Positions 11,128-22,700 of a DNA stretch of 64,000 bases are shown here, one piece after another. Origin of the DNA: Lama guanicoe. Its lineage: Eukaryota. The notes under the pieces were generated by a model, which was not told the DNA's origin, ran no database searches, and was given only the letters and a program-made list of their open reading frames with translations. Where the stretch lies: NCBI GenBank assembly GCA_013239625.1, contig MU053933.1:498001-562000 (forward strand), in the 5' to 3' direction. The position numbers and the translations under genes were made by a program. Within the stretch, counting starts at the first letter, position 1. Every line of letters starts with the position of its first letter.

Positions 11128-11640
11128 TTTTTAATAAGCTCCTGTGATAAAATTGAGATAAAAGTCACCTAATAGAAAGGTCCCTGTTTTAAAATCAACA
11201 CTTGGGTGGCACTTAGCACATTCACAGTGTTGTGCAAACACCACCGCTCTCTGGTTTCAGAACTTGTTCATCTCCCCAAAGGCAGCTCCGTGCCCACTGG
11301 GAGAGACTCCCCAGACCCTCCCCTGTCCCTGAAATCTTCGAGATTGGCTTTCTGTCTCGGTTGTCCCTAGAAACAGAGTCACATGATGGACGTGTGGTCC
11401 TCGGTGACTGCCCCACGGTGAACGTTCTCACGGCTGATCCGCGTGGTGGCGTGTGTCGGCATCTCACCCCTTTTATGGCCGAGCGCCGTGGGCCGCACTG
11501 GGTTTTCTCCCTCATCCTTTGATGGATGTTCGGGCTGCCCCCTCCTGTGGTTGTGGGGATGCTGCTGTGAGCCTGCGTGTCCAAGTATTTATGTGAGTCA
11601 CTGTTTTCAGCAAAAATAGCTGAAATGTGGGTCCAGGCGC
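11128..11640 (-). mobile_element. Old L1 (L1MB-like) 3' end
   Basis: ttagcacattcacagtgttgtgcaaacaccacc…cagaacttgttcatctccccaaa and later L1 3' UTR motifs. Confidence 0.7.
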
Positions 11641-12021
11641 TCCTGTGTTTTTCTCGACCCCTGGGTCTGGGGAGGGCAGGCCCCCCGTGCGGTGTCTCTG
11701 TGCGGTGGTCCGCTGAGCTGCCTGCTCCCCTCCCCCACCGAGGCCCTGCTGCTCCCGCGCAGCGAGATCCTCTTGGATCATCAAGAACACGGGTGGGCTG
11801 AGCTGTCCTGGCTCCTGTGCTCCTTCGGGCTTCGGACGCCTGCCCCCGCACTCCTGGGAACCTGCAGGTACACAGTCACATTGTGATAACTTTACAGAGT
11901 GGCCGACATGAGAGCGCTTGCCCCACGGCGGGCTCCATCCCGAGCCCCACCACACTCCAGGGGCGATGCTGGGCTCCCCCAGGGACCAGACCTCCCACCT
12001 GTGCCTGTCTTGTCTCTGCAG

Positions 12022-12203
12022 GACCACCTCCGGGTGCAGAGCCGGGCCTGGGCTCCGGTTACCTGGCCCTCATCGCCGTGGCCGTCCTCACCGCGGTGGC
12101 GGGGGCAGCTGCCCTTCTCATCACGCGATACCAGAGAGTGACGGGGAAGTACAGCTTCGGAACCCAGGCCGACAGCTTCAGCTACCAGGTGTTCCGTGAA
12201 TAA
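12022..12203 (+). CDS. UMODL1: UMODL1 last coding exon (TM helix, cytoplasmic tail, TAA stop)
   Basis: tctctgcag|GA acceptor in phase 1. Translates GPPPGAEPGLGSGYLALIAVAVLTAVAGAAALLITRYQRVTGKYSFGTQADSFSYQVFRE*, matching the recalled UMODL1 C-terminus (…FSYQVFYE). Confidence 0.94.
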
Positions 12204-12331
12204 GGCGCCCCCGCCCGAGGTGGGTGCGATGCGTCTGACGCTGAGTCCTGCCCTCACCCCCGATGGTCACGGCGCAGCGTGTCCTGGTGGTTTGGGCAAA
12301 GGGTGGGTTGCGGGGGTCGGTGTTTCATGCC

Positions 12332-12830
12332 CGTGATATTGTAGTTTATAGTAAGAAATTCGTATTTGGTTTTCGTCCACTGTTCCTGGCAGGGGCTTTT
12401 AAAACCCTTGGAATTTCCTAAATGATGATGGCATTAAGGGTGATTCTGTAATGTTAATGAAGTGACCTTTGGCCAAACCTTAGGATAGGGGCTGGTGGCC
12501 GGGGGAACCAACCCATGTGATTGGAGGCCTGGAGTGTTCAGTCCCTCCCCAGCCGCCAGGGAGGGGACAGGCTGGAGACTGAGTTCAATTGCCAATGATT
12601 TCATCAATTGTGTTTATGTAATGAGAACTCCATAAAAAAAAACCCAAAATGGGGTTCAGGGAGCGTCCACGTTGGTGGACCCCTGGAGATTTGGGGAGAG
12701 TGACTCTGGAGAGGGTCCCTCCCCACACCTGCCCTCTGCGTCTCTTCTCTGCCAGTCCCTGAGTTACATCCCTTTACAGTAAACCGGTGACCTAGCAGGT
12801 AAAATGCTCCTCCGAGCTCTGCAAGCCGGG
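12332..12830 (+). mobile_element. MER21-family ERVL LTR just downstream of the UMODL1 stop
   Basis: gtgatattgt…tatttggttttcgtcc…aaaacccttggaatttcc start; ggggctggtggcc…aaccaacccatgtgatt and gttcaattgccaatgattt motifs of MER21. Right edge is approximate. Confidence 0.78.
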
Positions 12831-13829
12831 GGCCAGCCGCGTGTCCCCGGTGACGTGACGGGGACAAACGTCGTCACGGGCTCCAAGCAGCACTTCGAGC
12901 CTTTGAGAGTGTGGACACCCTCTGAGCTGTCGAGGAGCACGTGGGCCTCCTTCCTCTGGGTCTGAGTGTAGCTCCCTGAGGACGGATGACGTCCGTTTGG
13001 GCTGCAGTGTTGTCGGAACAGACCTAACCACACTGGAGGGGGGGTGCCAGACTTGTTTCTGAGAAGGTTTTGAGATTTTTAAAAAAGTAGAAGAAAAGAT
13101 CACAGACCACGGTTGGTAGCTTTTAGTGATGCTGCCTCAACGCTGTCAGAGGTGATGCCGGCTGGGGGGTGGGCGGCAGCCTGAGACTGGCTCTGGCCCT
13201 CACCTGCACCCTCACCTGCGCCCTCACCTTGTGGGTTCTTTCTCCGCATCATCTCAGGAGGCACAGCCGAACAAGGATCGCATTGCTGACTGTCTCCTCC
13301 GTGGGCGACTGGGTTTAGGTGTGTGCTTTCTTTTGTTCTCGCCCCCCTGCACAAGCCCATCCTCGGGGGGGCCCACTTCACAGCCGTTTCAGATGGAAAA
13401 GGGCCAGCACCCCGCAGAGCTGACTCGGGCAGGCCACGTGGGGAGAGGCAGGCCCTGGGGCGCGTTCCCACGGCTGCCCCCCGCCCGCCCCCCCCACAGG
13501 GCGCCTGCAGCCCTCTGTGCGGAGCCTGGGACCCCGGAGGCTGCGTGCTCTTCTCTGCCCTGTAGAGCTGGAGCCCCGCTCTCTCGGAAGAGCTGGAATG
13601 CCCCCAGATTCCGGTGGCTTGTCCCCCAGGCTTGAGCTGATCTCTCCCCATGTCCTTCCTGACCCCTTGGTCTCATTGGAGTCTCCCTCGCCTCCCGCTC
13701 AAAGCCGATTCTCAGGGGAGGAACTGTGATCCTACTAACATTAGTCTCATGTGACCTGCTCTAAGCACCACACCAACGTTTCCTTGTTCAGGGCCCCGAC
13801 AACCCCATGACGTCATGTTTTTATTGTCC

Positions 13830-13935
13830 CTATTTCTCAGATGGGGATCTGGGCAGGGAGGTGAAGATGTAGCCCTGGGCATGTGACTGGCAAGTGGCAG
13901 AGTTGGGATTTGGATCTGGGGTCTGTTCTCTTAGC
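13830..13935 (-). mobile_element. MIR SINE fragment
   Basis: tatttctcagatgggg…aagtggcagagttgggatttggatctgggg, the MIR core. Confidence 0.6.
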
Positions 13936-13949
13936 TGCCGAGCTACAGT

Positions 13950-14052
13950 GCCTCCCTCGTGCTGGCGCACAGGTGACCGCCGGGCCTCTCTCGTGCTGGC
14001 GCATGTGCACCTGCCGGGCCTCCCTCGTGCTGGTGTGCACGTGACCGGCAGG
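13950..14052 (+). repeat. 34-bp tandem repeat, ~3 copies
   Basis: gcctc(c/t)ctcgtgctgg recurs at 13950, 13984 and 14018. Confidence 0.85.
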
Positions 14053-15857
14053 TATTGGGAGCGCTGCCCCTTGGCCTTTCTGTTTACGGGAGAATTTGTA
14101 TTTTGATAATTAGCAAAGGGGTGCACAGATCTCTCTGTGGGGCACCAGGCATCCAGCAGCGGAGGGAGTGGCTGTTGGGGTCGGAAGGAAAGAGCCTTCC
14201 CGGGAGGCAGGTGCTGCTTACCGTTGGGGTCCCCTGCCACACTTGGGGCTCCAAATAGGGGGCGAGCAGTGGTAACTTCAGTTCAACTTTAGTAGTAATG
14301 TTACCAGCTGCCTCCGGGGGGTGCCTTCTAGTCCATTTGGGGGCCCACAAGGTTTGGTCATGAAAACCCTTCTACTCACTGACCCTGTTCAGCCCTGTCC
14401 CCGTCGGGGCACTGTCACGTGGACACGGCCCGCAGCGGCTGGCCCAGGTCCCCGTCTCCTCCCTGGGCCGGCAGCTTCCCCAGCCAGACCACCCTCCCAT
14501 GTTCACGTCTGCATTCTCTCGAGATAACAGACCTTTGATACAACTCAACAAAGTGTGGTCAACCCTGGCCTCATCCTTGAAATGAGGAAGTTGGGCCCAG
14601 AGAGCTCCAGTGAACCATCCCAGTCGCACAGCAGGGCAGGGTCACAGCACACTTCTCCACGCGGCAGCGCCCTTTCTGGGTGATTTCGTCGTCACCGGAG
14701 AAAACGCCAGCTGCCCGAGGAGCTGGTCCTGTGGACCTGGAGACACGGTGCCTTCACCTTGCCTCCGCCCCTTGGCCCTGAGGACACGAGGGCGCCCGTG
14801 TGCCTGGTTCCGGGGCCTCGGGGCCCTCACAGGCGGCATGGGAAGGGCTGGGCCAGGGCCAGCACGTGAGGCCAGTCACTGCCCCGCATAGAATCACAGG
14901 GAACTTCCAGTGGGTTTTACTTAATATTTAAAATGTGAGTCCCAGCAGGGAGGCCAACACTCGTCCCGCGAACCTTCTGAGGAGACCTGGTGTGCGGGCG
15001 CCGTGACCAGGCCGGAAGACCCCCTCCTGGGAATTAGAAACATCAGACGGAAAACTGGCCCCTTGTCTTTTCTTTTTCTCCTGAGGTTTCTGTTTTCCAA
15101 CGTGAAGAACATTTAGAACTAGTTCTCAAGTTTCTGCAGAATTTTCCTTTTTGGAAAACGTGAAACAAACAAACATCCCCAAGGTTGGCCCCGCGTGGGA
15201 CAAGCCCCTGTCCGGGTGGGTGCAAGGACAGCAGGCCCCAGGGCGCGGCCGCCCTGCTGACCTGTGGGCGCCGCACTCACCAAGGCCCAGAGCCCAGCCC
15301 CGCGGTCCCTGTTGCTCTGTGCCTCCTGGGAGTCGCTGCTGTGTGATTTGGGCCCGGTCTCTCACCATCCAGCAAGCACAGAGGTCACACCCTTGGGGTG
15401 GTGGTACCCCTCCACTGCCCATGCTTCCGGGGCTTTCCACATGAACCTCTCCTCTCCTGCAGGCACACTGACCCAGGCGACCCCCTCCCCTCGCAGGTGG
15501 CTGTGAACCAAGCTCCAGTCTTCACTCAAGCACTGATGCGAGCTGGCTCCACCCCAAGTCTGAGGTTGGATGAGCCCCAGAGACGGTGAAAACCCAGCCT
15601 CTGCCTACCCGCAGGAAGCTCATCGTCTGTGTGGGTTCCAGACAAGAAGCACTGCCGGGCGGGGGAGAGGAGGGTGGAGATGTGGGCAGGGAGTGGGGTG
15701 CCTGGAGCCGCAGGCACAGGGATCTTCCAGCCAGGCTTAGATGCAGCTCTGCCATCACCCAAATCACCCCCCAGAGCTCCCAGACTCTCACTGTCCTAAG
15801 TGGTCCAGGTGCCCTCCTGGCTTGGCTCACTGTTGGCATCTGTCACCGACCACCTGC

Positions 15858-15915
15858 CCATCCTTCCATGCATCCACCCATCCACCCATCCATCCATCCA
15901 TCCATCCACTCATCC
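15858..15915 (+). repeat. (CCAT)n-like simple repeat
   Basis: catccacccatccacccatccatccatccatccatcc. Confidence 0.85.
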
Positions 15916-16400
15916 GTTTGACGCTCTGTCAGATGCATAATATTTCACACCTTCAAAAATATTTGGCAGTGCACTTGAAGTTCTTTTAAAAGCCGGTCAG
16001 CCACACACATGCTGTGACGTCCTTCTGAGCAGACGTCCGTGCTCTTTAACTTTGCTCTTGCATCACCAGGATGTAGCTTTTATTTACACAGCAGTGACTC
16101 AAAGGCACCCTAGTAATATGAACATCTTTATAGTAAGTAGAATTAACACTATATATAACCACTATTTTATATTGTTCCATAAGTTTTCACAGATATTAAA
16201 ATAAATAATTTCTTCAGGGCTGAGGCACTGTGTACCCGTGACACAGTGAGTAACCAGAGAAGGATGGGTGAGTTATTTACGTTAACTCATGAGTTAATAA
16301 GTGAGTTAATGAGGAAATGGGTGCAGAATCTAAGTAGCCTCATGTAGAGTTTTCTTCATTACGCCATGCTGACAGGTAACACGTTTTACTTTGTTCAAAG

Positions 16401-16660
16401 CAGACTGAATTGTATTTGATAGCCAGAACCTGAAAGTATAGTGTTTTTCCTCGATGAACTTTGAGTCATAACATGGTCATAGTTTTTAATTCATGAGATT
16501 AATTTTGTTGAACGTAATCAGCAGCCACCAGTACGGAGCACCTGGGAGGTGTATTTTGATTTACAAGTAAGAGTCGCTGTAGAGTCACAACAGGCAATGC
16601 TGTGGACGAGCAGCTCTGGACGAGTAGAATAAATTGCTTGTGCCGTTGACACCCGCCCGT
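16401..16660 (+). other. Candidate non-coding terminal (3' UTR) exon of UMODL1
   Basis: Donor gag|gtgggt at 12219/12220, 16 nt after the stop. Acceptor ttttactttgttcaaag|cag at 16400/16403 in unique non-repeat sequence; AATAAA at 16628-16633. Inference only; the true end could lie further right. Confidence 0.3.
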
Positions 16661-17029
16661 GCTGTCTGCTCTGTCTGGTTCCACCCACGTCATGCGCTCA
16701 CCCGGCATCCCTGAGGGGCTGCTGCGCTGCGCGTCCTGGGGGCCAGGGAGCGTCTGTGGCTCCTCTTGAGCTGCATCCACGTCTGACACCAGCTCGGCGC
16801 CTCTCACTTAGTTTTCTAGAAAAGGAGACAGTAAGCATTCAGTCAACTGGTTTGAGTCCCATGACCATGTGGCGTTTTGGATTTCAGATAAAGTAGCTGA
16901 TGTGCATTTAAAACTTCATCTGCAGTTTTCATGTAACCTCAGTAACTACTGTGCCCATTCATTCGTGTTTCCTGTAATAATACAAACTTGGTCTCCCCTT
17001 TTCCCGTCTGCTGCCCCAGTCTATTTTTT

Positions 17030-17230
17030 TTTTAAAAGTATTTCCTGAGTGCACACCATGCACCAGGCCCTGGGCTCAGTGCAGCGGTTAATTGTGAGAG
17101 ACAGACTTAGTTCTGCCCTCCTAGAGCAGTGGTCTTGTGGGAGAGAGACAGATGCTGAAATCAATAGATGGTGGAAGTCGTGGTAAGTGCTGAGAGGAAC
17201 AAGTGCATGTGTGCTGTGAGGTGCCCTGAC
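17030..17230 (-). mobile_element. L2 3' fragment
   Basis: tttcctgagtgcacaccatgcaccaggccctggg…ttctgccctcctagagc…gggagagagacag pattern. Confidence 0.55.
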
Positions 17231-17239
17231 CTGGTCCCT

Positions 17240-17490
17240 CCATCCACTCATCTAACCATCCACCCATTATCCTCTGTACCCATCAACCCATCCACACAAC
17301 TATCTGTCCGTCCATCTGCCTATCCTCCCATCCACTCAACCATCCATCCATTCATCCATCTACCCATCCATCCATCCACTCAACCATCTACCCATCCATC
17401 CACCCATTCATCCACACATCTGTCCTTCCATCCATCCACCCATGTATCTCTCCATTTATCCACTCATCCATTCATCCATCTATCTAACTA
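17240..17490 (+). repeat. Degenerate (CCAT/TCCA)n low-complexity array
   Basis: About 250 bp of catccatccacccattcatcc variants. Confidence 0.9.
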
Positions 17491-19179
17491 AGGAATGTTA
17501 GTTTATTCCAGTTCTTATGCTGACATTAGGAAGACAAAAAGAATGAGGTAGAGTTCTTGCCCTTAGGAACTCAAAATCCATCTAAAGGAAAGCCCCTGTG
17601 AATACTGCTCACAGGAAAATCAGGGAGGCCAGGGGAGGGGGAGACAAAATAATGCACGTGTGTGCACGTGTGCTCGCGTTACTCCTACCGGGGTTCCCGA
17701 AGTGCTGCTCTATCAAGGCTTCTGTGCAGGAGCAGCCTCAGCCTGCCTACTGCTTGTAGCTTAAACCCTCCAATCCCAGACTCCTCCTGCTGCCATGGCT
17801 CAGGAATTAATTTCAAAGCATGTTGGAACGGAAGGAGGAAGGGAGGGACCCAGGGTGGCCCTGGACATCTGTAGACATTGTTCACTGCTCTCTGATGTAG
17901 AGGTTACCACCAGCTTGTGCAAGGCCAGACCTGTGAGGCCAGACGCTGGGGCCTTGGAGACGCCCCAGAAGGCCTGTTCACGGACAGAGTGGGCTCTCGC
18001 GCCTGCGAGGGGAGGGACTGTGCGTGCCCTGCAGGTGTCACCTAGCTCAGTCCTCGTCACAGGCCTCCCGTGTGTGACTTTTCTCACTCTGAAATGGGGG
18101 GCGTGGAGACGCTATGCAACTTTCCCAAAGTCAAACAGCTAGTCAGTGGAGGAGCTGGAGTTGAAACCAGGCCTGCGGGCTGTCAAGCCCAGTGATCTGC
18201 TCTGCGGTGGAGGGTGTGACGGAAACCGAAGGTGGGAGGAGCGGAGACGCACAGGTGCCAGCCTCGCACCCCCCGGCCAGGCCGCTCTGCCCCGGCGCCA
18301 CCACGAGATGGCGCTGCAGACCAGGGCGGAAGTCCCGCTGCTCCCGCAGCCGCCAGAGCCCTGCTTCTCTGGTTTGCTCTCTTCCACCCGCTTTGAGCCT
18401 CTTGCCTGCAGGCTAAGCGAGGCTGGAACACTCCACGGGGCTTCGGGGTCCTGGGCACGTGTCTGCTGGGGCAGGGCTCAGACAACCATGCTGTGTCAAA
18501 GAAAATATTAATCAACGGTCAATCTAAGAAAGAAAGAAAAACATTTTATTCCAGCCAACCCAGTCTTGCAGAAGGTCTGAGAACTGCCCTGAAGAGGTAA
18601 CAGGGAGGCCGGTGTGTGTGTGATTTGGCCAAGGGGCCCGTGCAGTCCAGCACGTGCTGCTGCTCACCAGGAACAAGCCTACGGTTTCAGTGCTTTTCCG
18701 AGTAAGGGGAGATGCAAGAATTCAGCTTCATAAAAAATTTCTCCCGAAAACACCTAGCTGTCTGAGGGCCGGTTTTGTCAGTTTTCCCCGAGGGAGAGTG
18801 TCTGTCCTGATCTTCCCTCTGCGTTCCTGGTGGGCCGGGGACTGCGACGGCTAAAGGCTTGATTCTTGCAGATTGGGAAGATGGGCAACATTCCTTATTT
18901 CACACCTTTCGGTCTTAATTTCAACTGAAGTTTGGGAGGCATATCGTGACCAGTTTGTCCCACGGCGCTAGGAATGCCCACTCCCAGCTCAGGCGAGGAT
19001 CTCACTGGTAGAACACTCCGCGTGCTGTTACTGGACTAGAGCCTCTGCCCAGTAGCCAGCAGCCTCTGGACTGCCTGTCTTACTGGTCTGTGGTGGTCCT
19101 GGAAGCAGTTCCCTCTTGTTGCCTCTGCCCGTATCTAGAGTCACACTGTCACAACCATTGATCTTATGGAACCATACAC

Positions 19180-19610
19180 ATATTGTTTGACATAAAGTTG
19201 ATTGACGATGTGTTAGTTTCTGATGTACAGAAAAGTGATTCAGTTGTACATGTATATGTGTGTACATTCTTTTCCATGTTCTTTTCCACTATGATTTATT
19301 ACAAGCTATTGGATACAGTTCCCTGTGCTGGACACTAGGACCTGGTTGTTTATTCTATATATAATAGTTTGCATCTGCTGATCCCAGATTCCTAGTTTGT
19401 CCTCCCGACCTCCCTTCCCCTTTGATAAGTTTGTTTTCTCTGTCTGTGAATCTGTTTCTGTGCCATAAGTAAGTTCATTGGGGTCATATTCTAGATTCCG
19501 CATGTAAGTGATGTCATATGGTGTTTGTCTTTCTCTGTCTGACTTCCTTCACTGAGCATGATCACCTCCAGGTCCAGCCATGTTGCTGCAAATAGCATTC
19601 TTTCATATAA
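19180..19610 (-). mobile_element. L1 3' end fragment
   Basis: gttagtttctgatgtacagaaaagtgattcagtt…ctagattccgcatgtaagtgatgtcatatgg; same family as 6489-7184. Confidence 0.85.
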
Positions 19611-19636
19611 AACTACATTTTTGATCAATCTTTTCC

Positions 19637-19736
19637 TTTTTTTAAACTTTTTTTATTGCATTACAGTCATTTTACAATGTTGTGTAAATATATACAAGAC
19701 CTAGTGGTAGCTCACAGCGAAGAAAAGGTGACAATG
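19637..19736. mobile_element. ~100-bp L1 3' end with internal inversion
   Basis: 19637-19685 is the minus-strand L1 terminus. 19686-19736 is a more 5' part of the same UTR in the opposite orientation (compare the colinear copy at 40488-40670). Confidence 0.7.
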
Positions 19737-22700
19737 CTCAGTCACTTCCAGTTGCCTCATCATCACTAACTTTATCTGAATCTCAGGCACACATTTGGTA
19801 ATGCAAGGAACAATACTCTTGTAAGAGACACAGAATATGGCTAGTAACAGTAATAAGGTCATCAGTAAGTATTTAAGCTAAGAGCTTCCATTAAGTGGAA
19901 GTCTGACCAGTCTGCTGTAATCACTGCCTTTAAGGGAAATGGTACACTGGCCTCACACATAAAGTTCACCAAAGATTCTGCACATACCAGGCGAGTGGTG
20001 GGTCATCGCGACCCCTTACAGGGTGGAGAAAGGAATGCTGCCTTCTAAGGCGCTACATGGCTGGTGTCAGAAGAAGAAAAAGCAATCGTATGGTTGAGCA
20101 GGTGTTTCTGCTTTGGGGAGGTCTGGTTCACACCCAGTGCAGATGCACAGTGCACACTGGAGGGGAGGGAACAGCCCAAACAGCAGAGAGAAAGGTTTAG
20201 GTATAATTTTTTTTGTCTTGTCTTAAAATGTGAATTTTTACTTCGTCACTGGCCTTGCAGGGTGCTGAGAACTGGTGCCTTCAAAGCAGGGGTATCAGAG
20301 GCGCCGGCCGGTGGGGGCCGAACCCGTGTGGATTCTGCTTCCCTGCCCAGACTTCCCAGGGGATGGGGACGCCTTCCTTCCCCTCCCTCTCCGTTCCTGG
20401 GGGGACTAGGGCGGCCACAGCAGGAAATGGCGTCTCTGTGCCATGGAGCCTGGGCTGAGCGAGCGAGCTTCCCTGGACGAGGGCTGGGGTGTGGGGCACA
20501 GCGGGGACTGCTGGCCGCAGGCTCTCAGGGCTCGAGCAAAGCTGGGGATCTGGTGGCCAGAGCGGGAAGCATCTGTGTCACCTAGAGGACGTGCTTCCGG
20601 TCTGGCGTGGGCAGGGCAGGGTCATTCCATCATCAGGGACTGTGGGTTCTCGCTTTTAGATCCCAGACTCTGGTGAGAGGAACTCCACAGTAGGGACTGC
20701 TCCTGGGAGGGGGCAGGTTCGTTCGGCCACAGTATACTCAGAGCTTGTGCCGTGTGATGGTGGGAGTCAGGGTGGGGTCGAGGTTAAAGGCACTGGCTCT
20801 GCTGTGTGGGACACATCATGTGATGTCTCTGAGCCTCAATTTTCTCACCTGTGAAGTGGGGAGATACTAGCATCAGGGATTTTGGAGCCACAAGTAATAG
20901 AAACTCAACTCCAAAGGGCTTTAATGATAGAGACAATTCATGACCCCTTGCAGATGAAAAGTGCAGGGCAGGGTGGCCTTCAGGCAAGGCTCTCTCCTGC
21001 AGCTCTCAAGGACCCAGGCTTTGTCCCTCCTTTTGCTCTCCTTCCAGGGTTCTAGCTTCTGCCAGAACCCCCCCCGAGTCCCCCAGATACCTGTGAGCAG
21101 CAGTGCTCCCTCATTTGTGTCCAGCAGAAGGAAGGCAGTGTCTCCCCAGCTATTGAACAAAGGGGCTTGGGTTATCTCAATTGAAACGTCTGGGATCGTG
21201 TCCCCAGCTCTGGCCAGGAGGACGTCCCATGCTGACTGCTGAGGCTCGGAGCCGCTTCCATGGGTGGACGGGGCTGACATCGTGCTGGTCAGTTTCAGCC
21301 AGTCCACGGCCACAGGAAAGCCACACACACGTTCCAGGAGGAATAACCCAACCTCGTCAAGCCGTGCTTCCAGAATGTTCTTCGTGGATGAGCGATGGCT
21401 TCTGATTGGATAGTTCCTACAGGAAGGGCCCAGTTCCCACTTAGATACCCTCCCCAGGGAGGGCGGCAGGACCTCTGGCAGTGGTGAGGGGAGTGCACTC
21501 CGGGGCCCTGGCGGAGCCTAGGGCGGGTTTTGTGAGCTCTCTCCTGAGTCTGCCCTGGCCGCCGAGAGAGATGCCAAGGAAGCCACTTATCCTTTAGGGT
21601 CAGGCCCCTGCTCATCCTCCCAGCCCGTCGGGCGGCAATGTTGTTTGCAGAACACTCACCTCAAAGCCTGAGAGCTGGGGCCAGGCACACATCGCCCACT
21701 CGTGCTGCGGTCTTGGGAGACAAGCGTCAGACCACAGAGGGACAGCAAAAGCCCTGAGACCTCAGGGACCTCCCCCAGCGAAGCAGTAAGTGCAGGGCCT
21801 GGACGTCAGCCCTGGGCTGTCCCTGGTCACGGCCACCACACCATGTTCCACAGCGGGGGCTGCAGGACTCGAGTCCCGCGGGGAGAAGAGGGTTTGTGTG
21901 CAAACAAATGTGAGAAAGGCTGCTAAGCAAGGCCGCTCCAGGGTCTTATGATGGGACCTCACACCCTGACCACCGGGTAGCGGGGCCTCCATCCCAGGCC
22001 AAGCTGTAAACTTGACCTTCCTCCCTGTTTCTGGAGAGAGAATTTTCAATGACTCAGGACAGCAGAACAGAACATTAAAAACACAACCCCGGGGGGAACA
22101 CAAGCCCTGGCCCCAGGTGGGCAGGGTGAAGCTCGGTCCCTGCCTGCCCTGCTCCAGGACCCTCCCCGCCAGGGGGGCCGGGGGGTGGTCGCCACACGGC
22201 ATGACCCTGCAGGAGCTGGGACTGTGGGGCAGGTCTCTCTCTGAGCGGGTTGTCCGAGCCCATCCCTGCTGGAACCCCGTTTCTCCAGGATCCCTGGTCA
22301 CCTGGCCACAGTGGGGAGCCCTGGGGAGGAGGCGGGATGCGAGGGAGGAAGCCTGCCATGGAGCCCTGGCCGCAGATGGAGGGGCCCCCAGTGCACCCAG
22401 CGTCCAGGGAGCCTCATCCCCGTGGAGGCTGGCGTGGCCCCTGTCTCCCGCTGTGCCCCGTGCTGGGGAGAGCCCCACAGCCCAGGACCAGCCAGTGGAC
22501 CCCTCTGGGGAGGGGGCTGGCCAGCCCAGCCCCACGGAGCACGCAGGCCTGGCTGGGAGCAGGTCAGCTCTTGGCCCACGTTCGGGCCGCTCGCGGGCTT
22601 TGTTCTCACTTTCATTGCTTTGGGGCCACAGCGACCTTACGTCCTCCCTTCGTGTCCCTGTCCCGCAGCCCTCGCTGTGCCCGAATCTGGTTTCTACCCT

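Larger units (their letters stand above)
18492..20248 (-). mobile_element. ERV1-class remnant: LTR (18492-18904), internal pieces and a partial LTR (~19955-20248), interrupted by L1 fragments
   Basis: TG…CA-bounded ~410-bp LTR with a minus-strand AATAAA near its left end. 19955-20248 aligns by eye with the right half of the LTR at 43364-43859 (acataaagttcacc…gtgtcagaaga…tcttgtctt…atttcatca). Confidence 0.65.
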
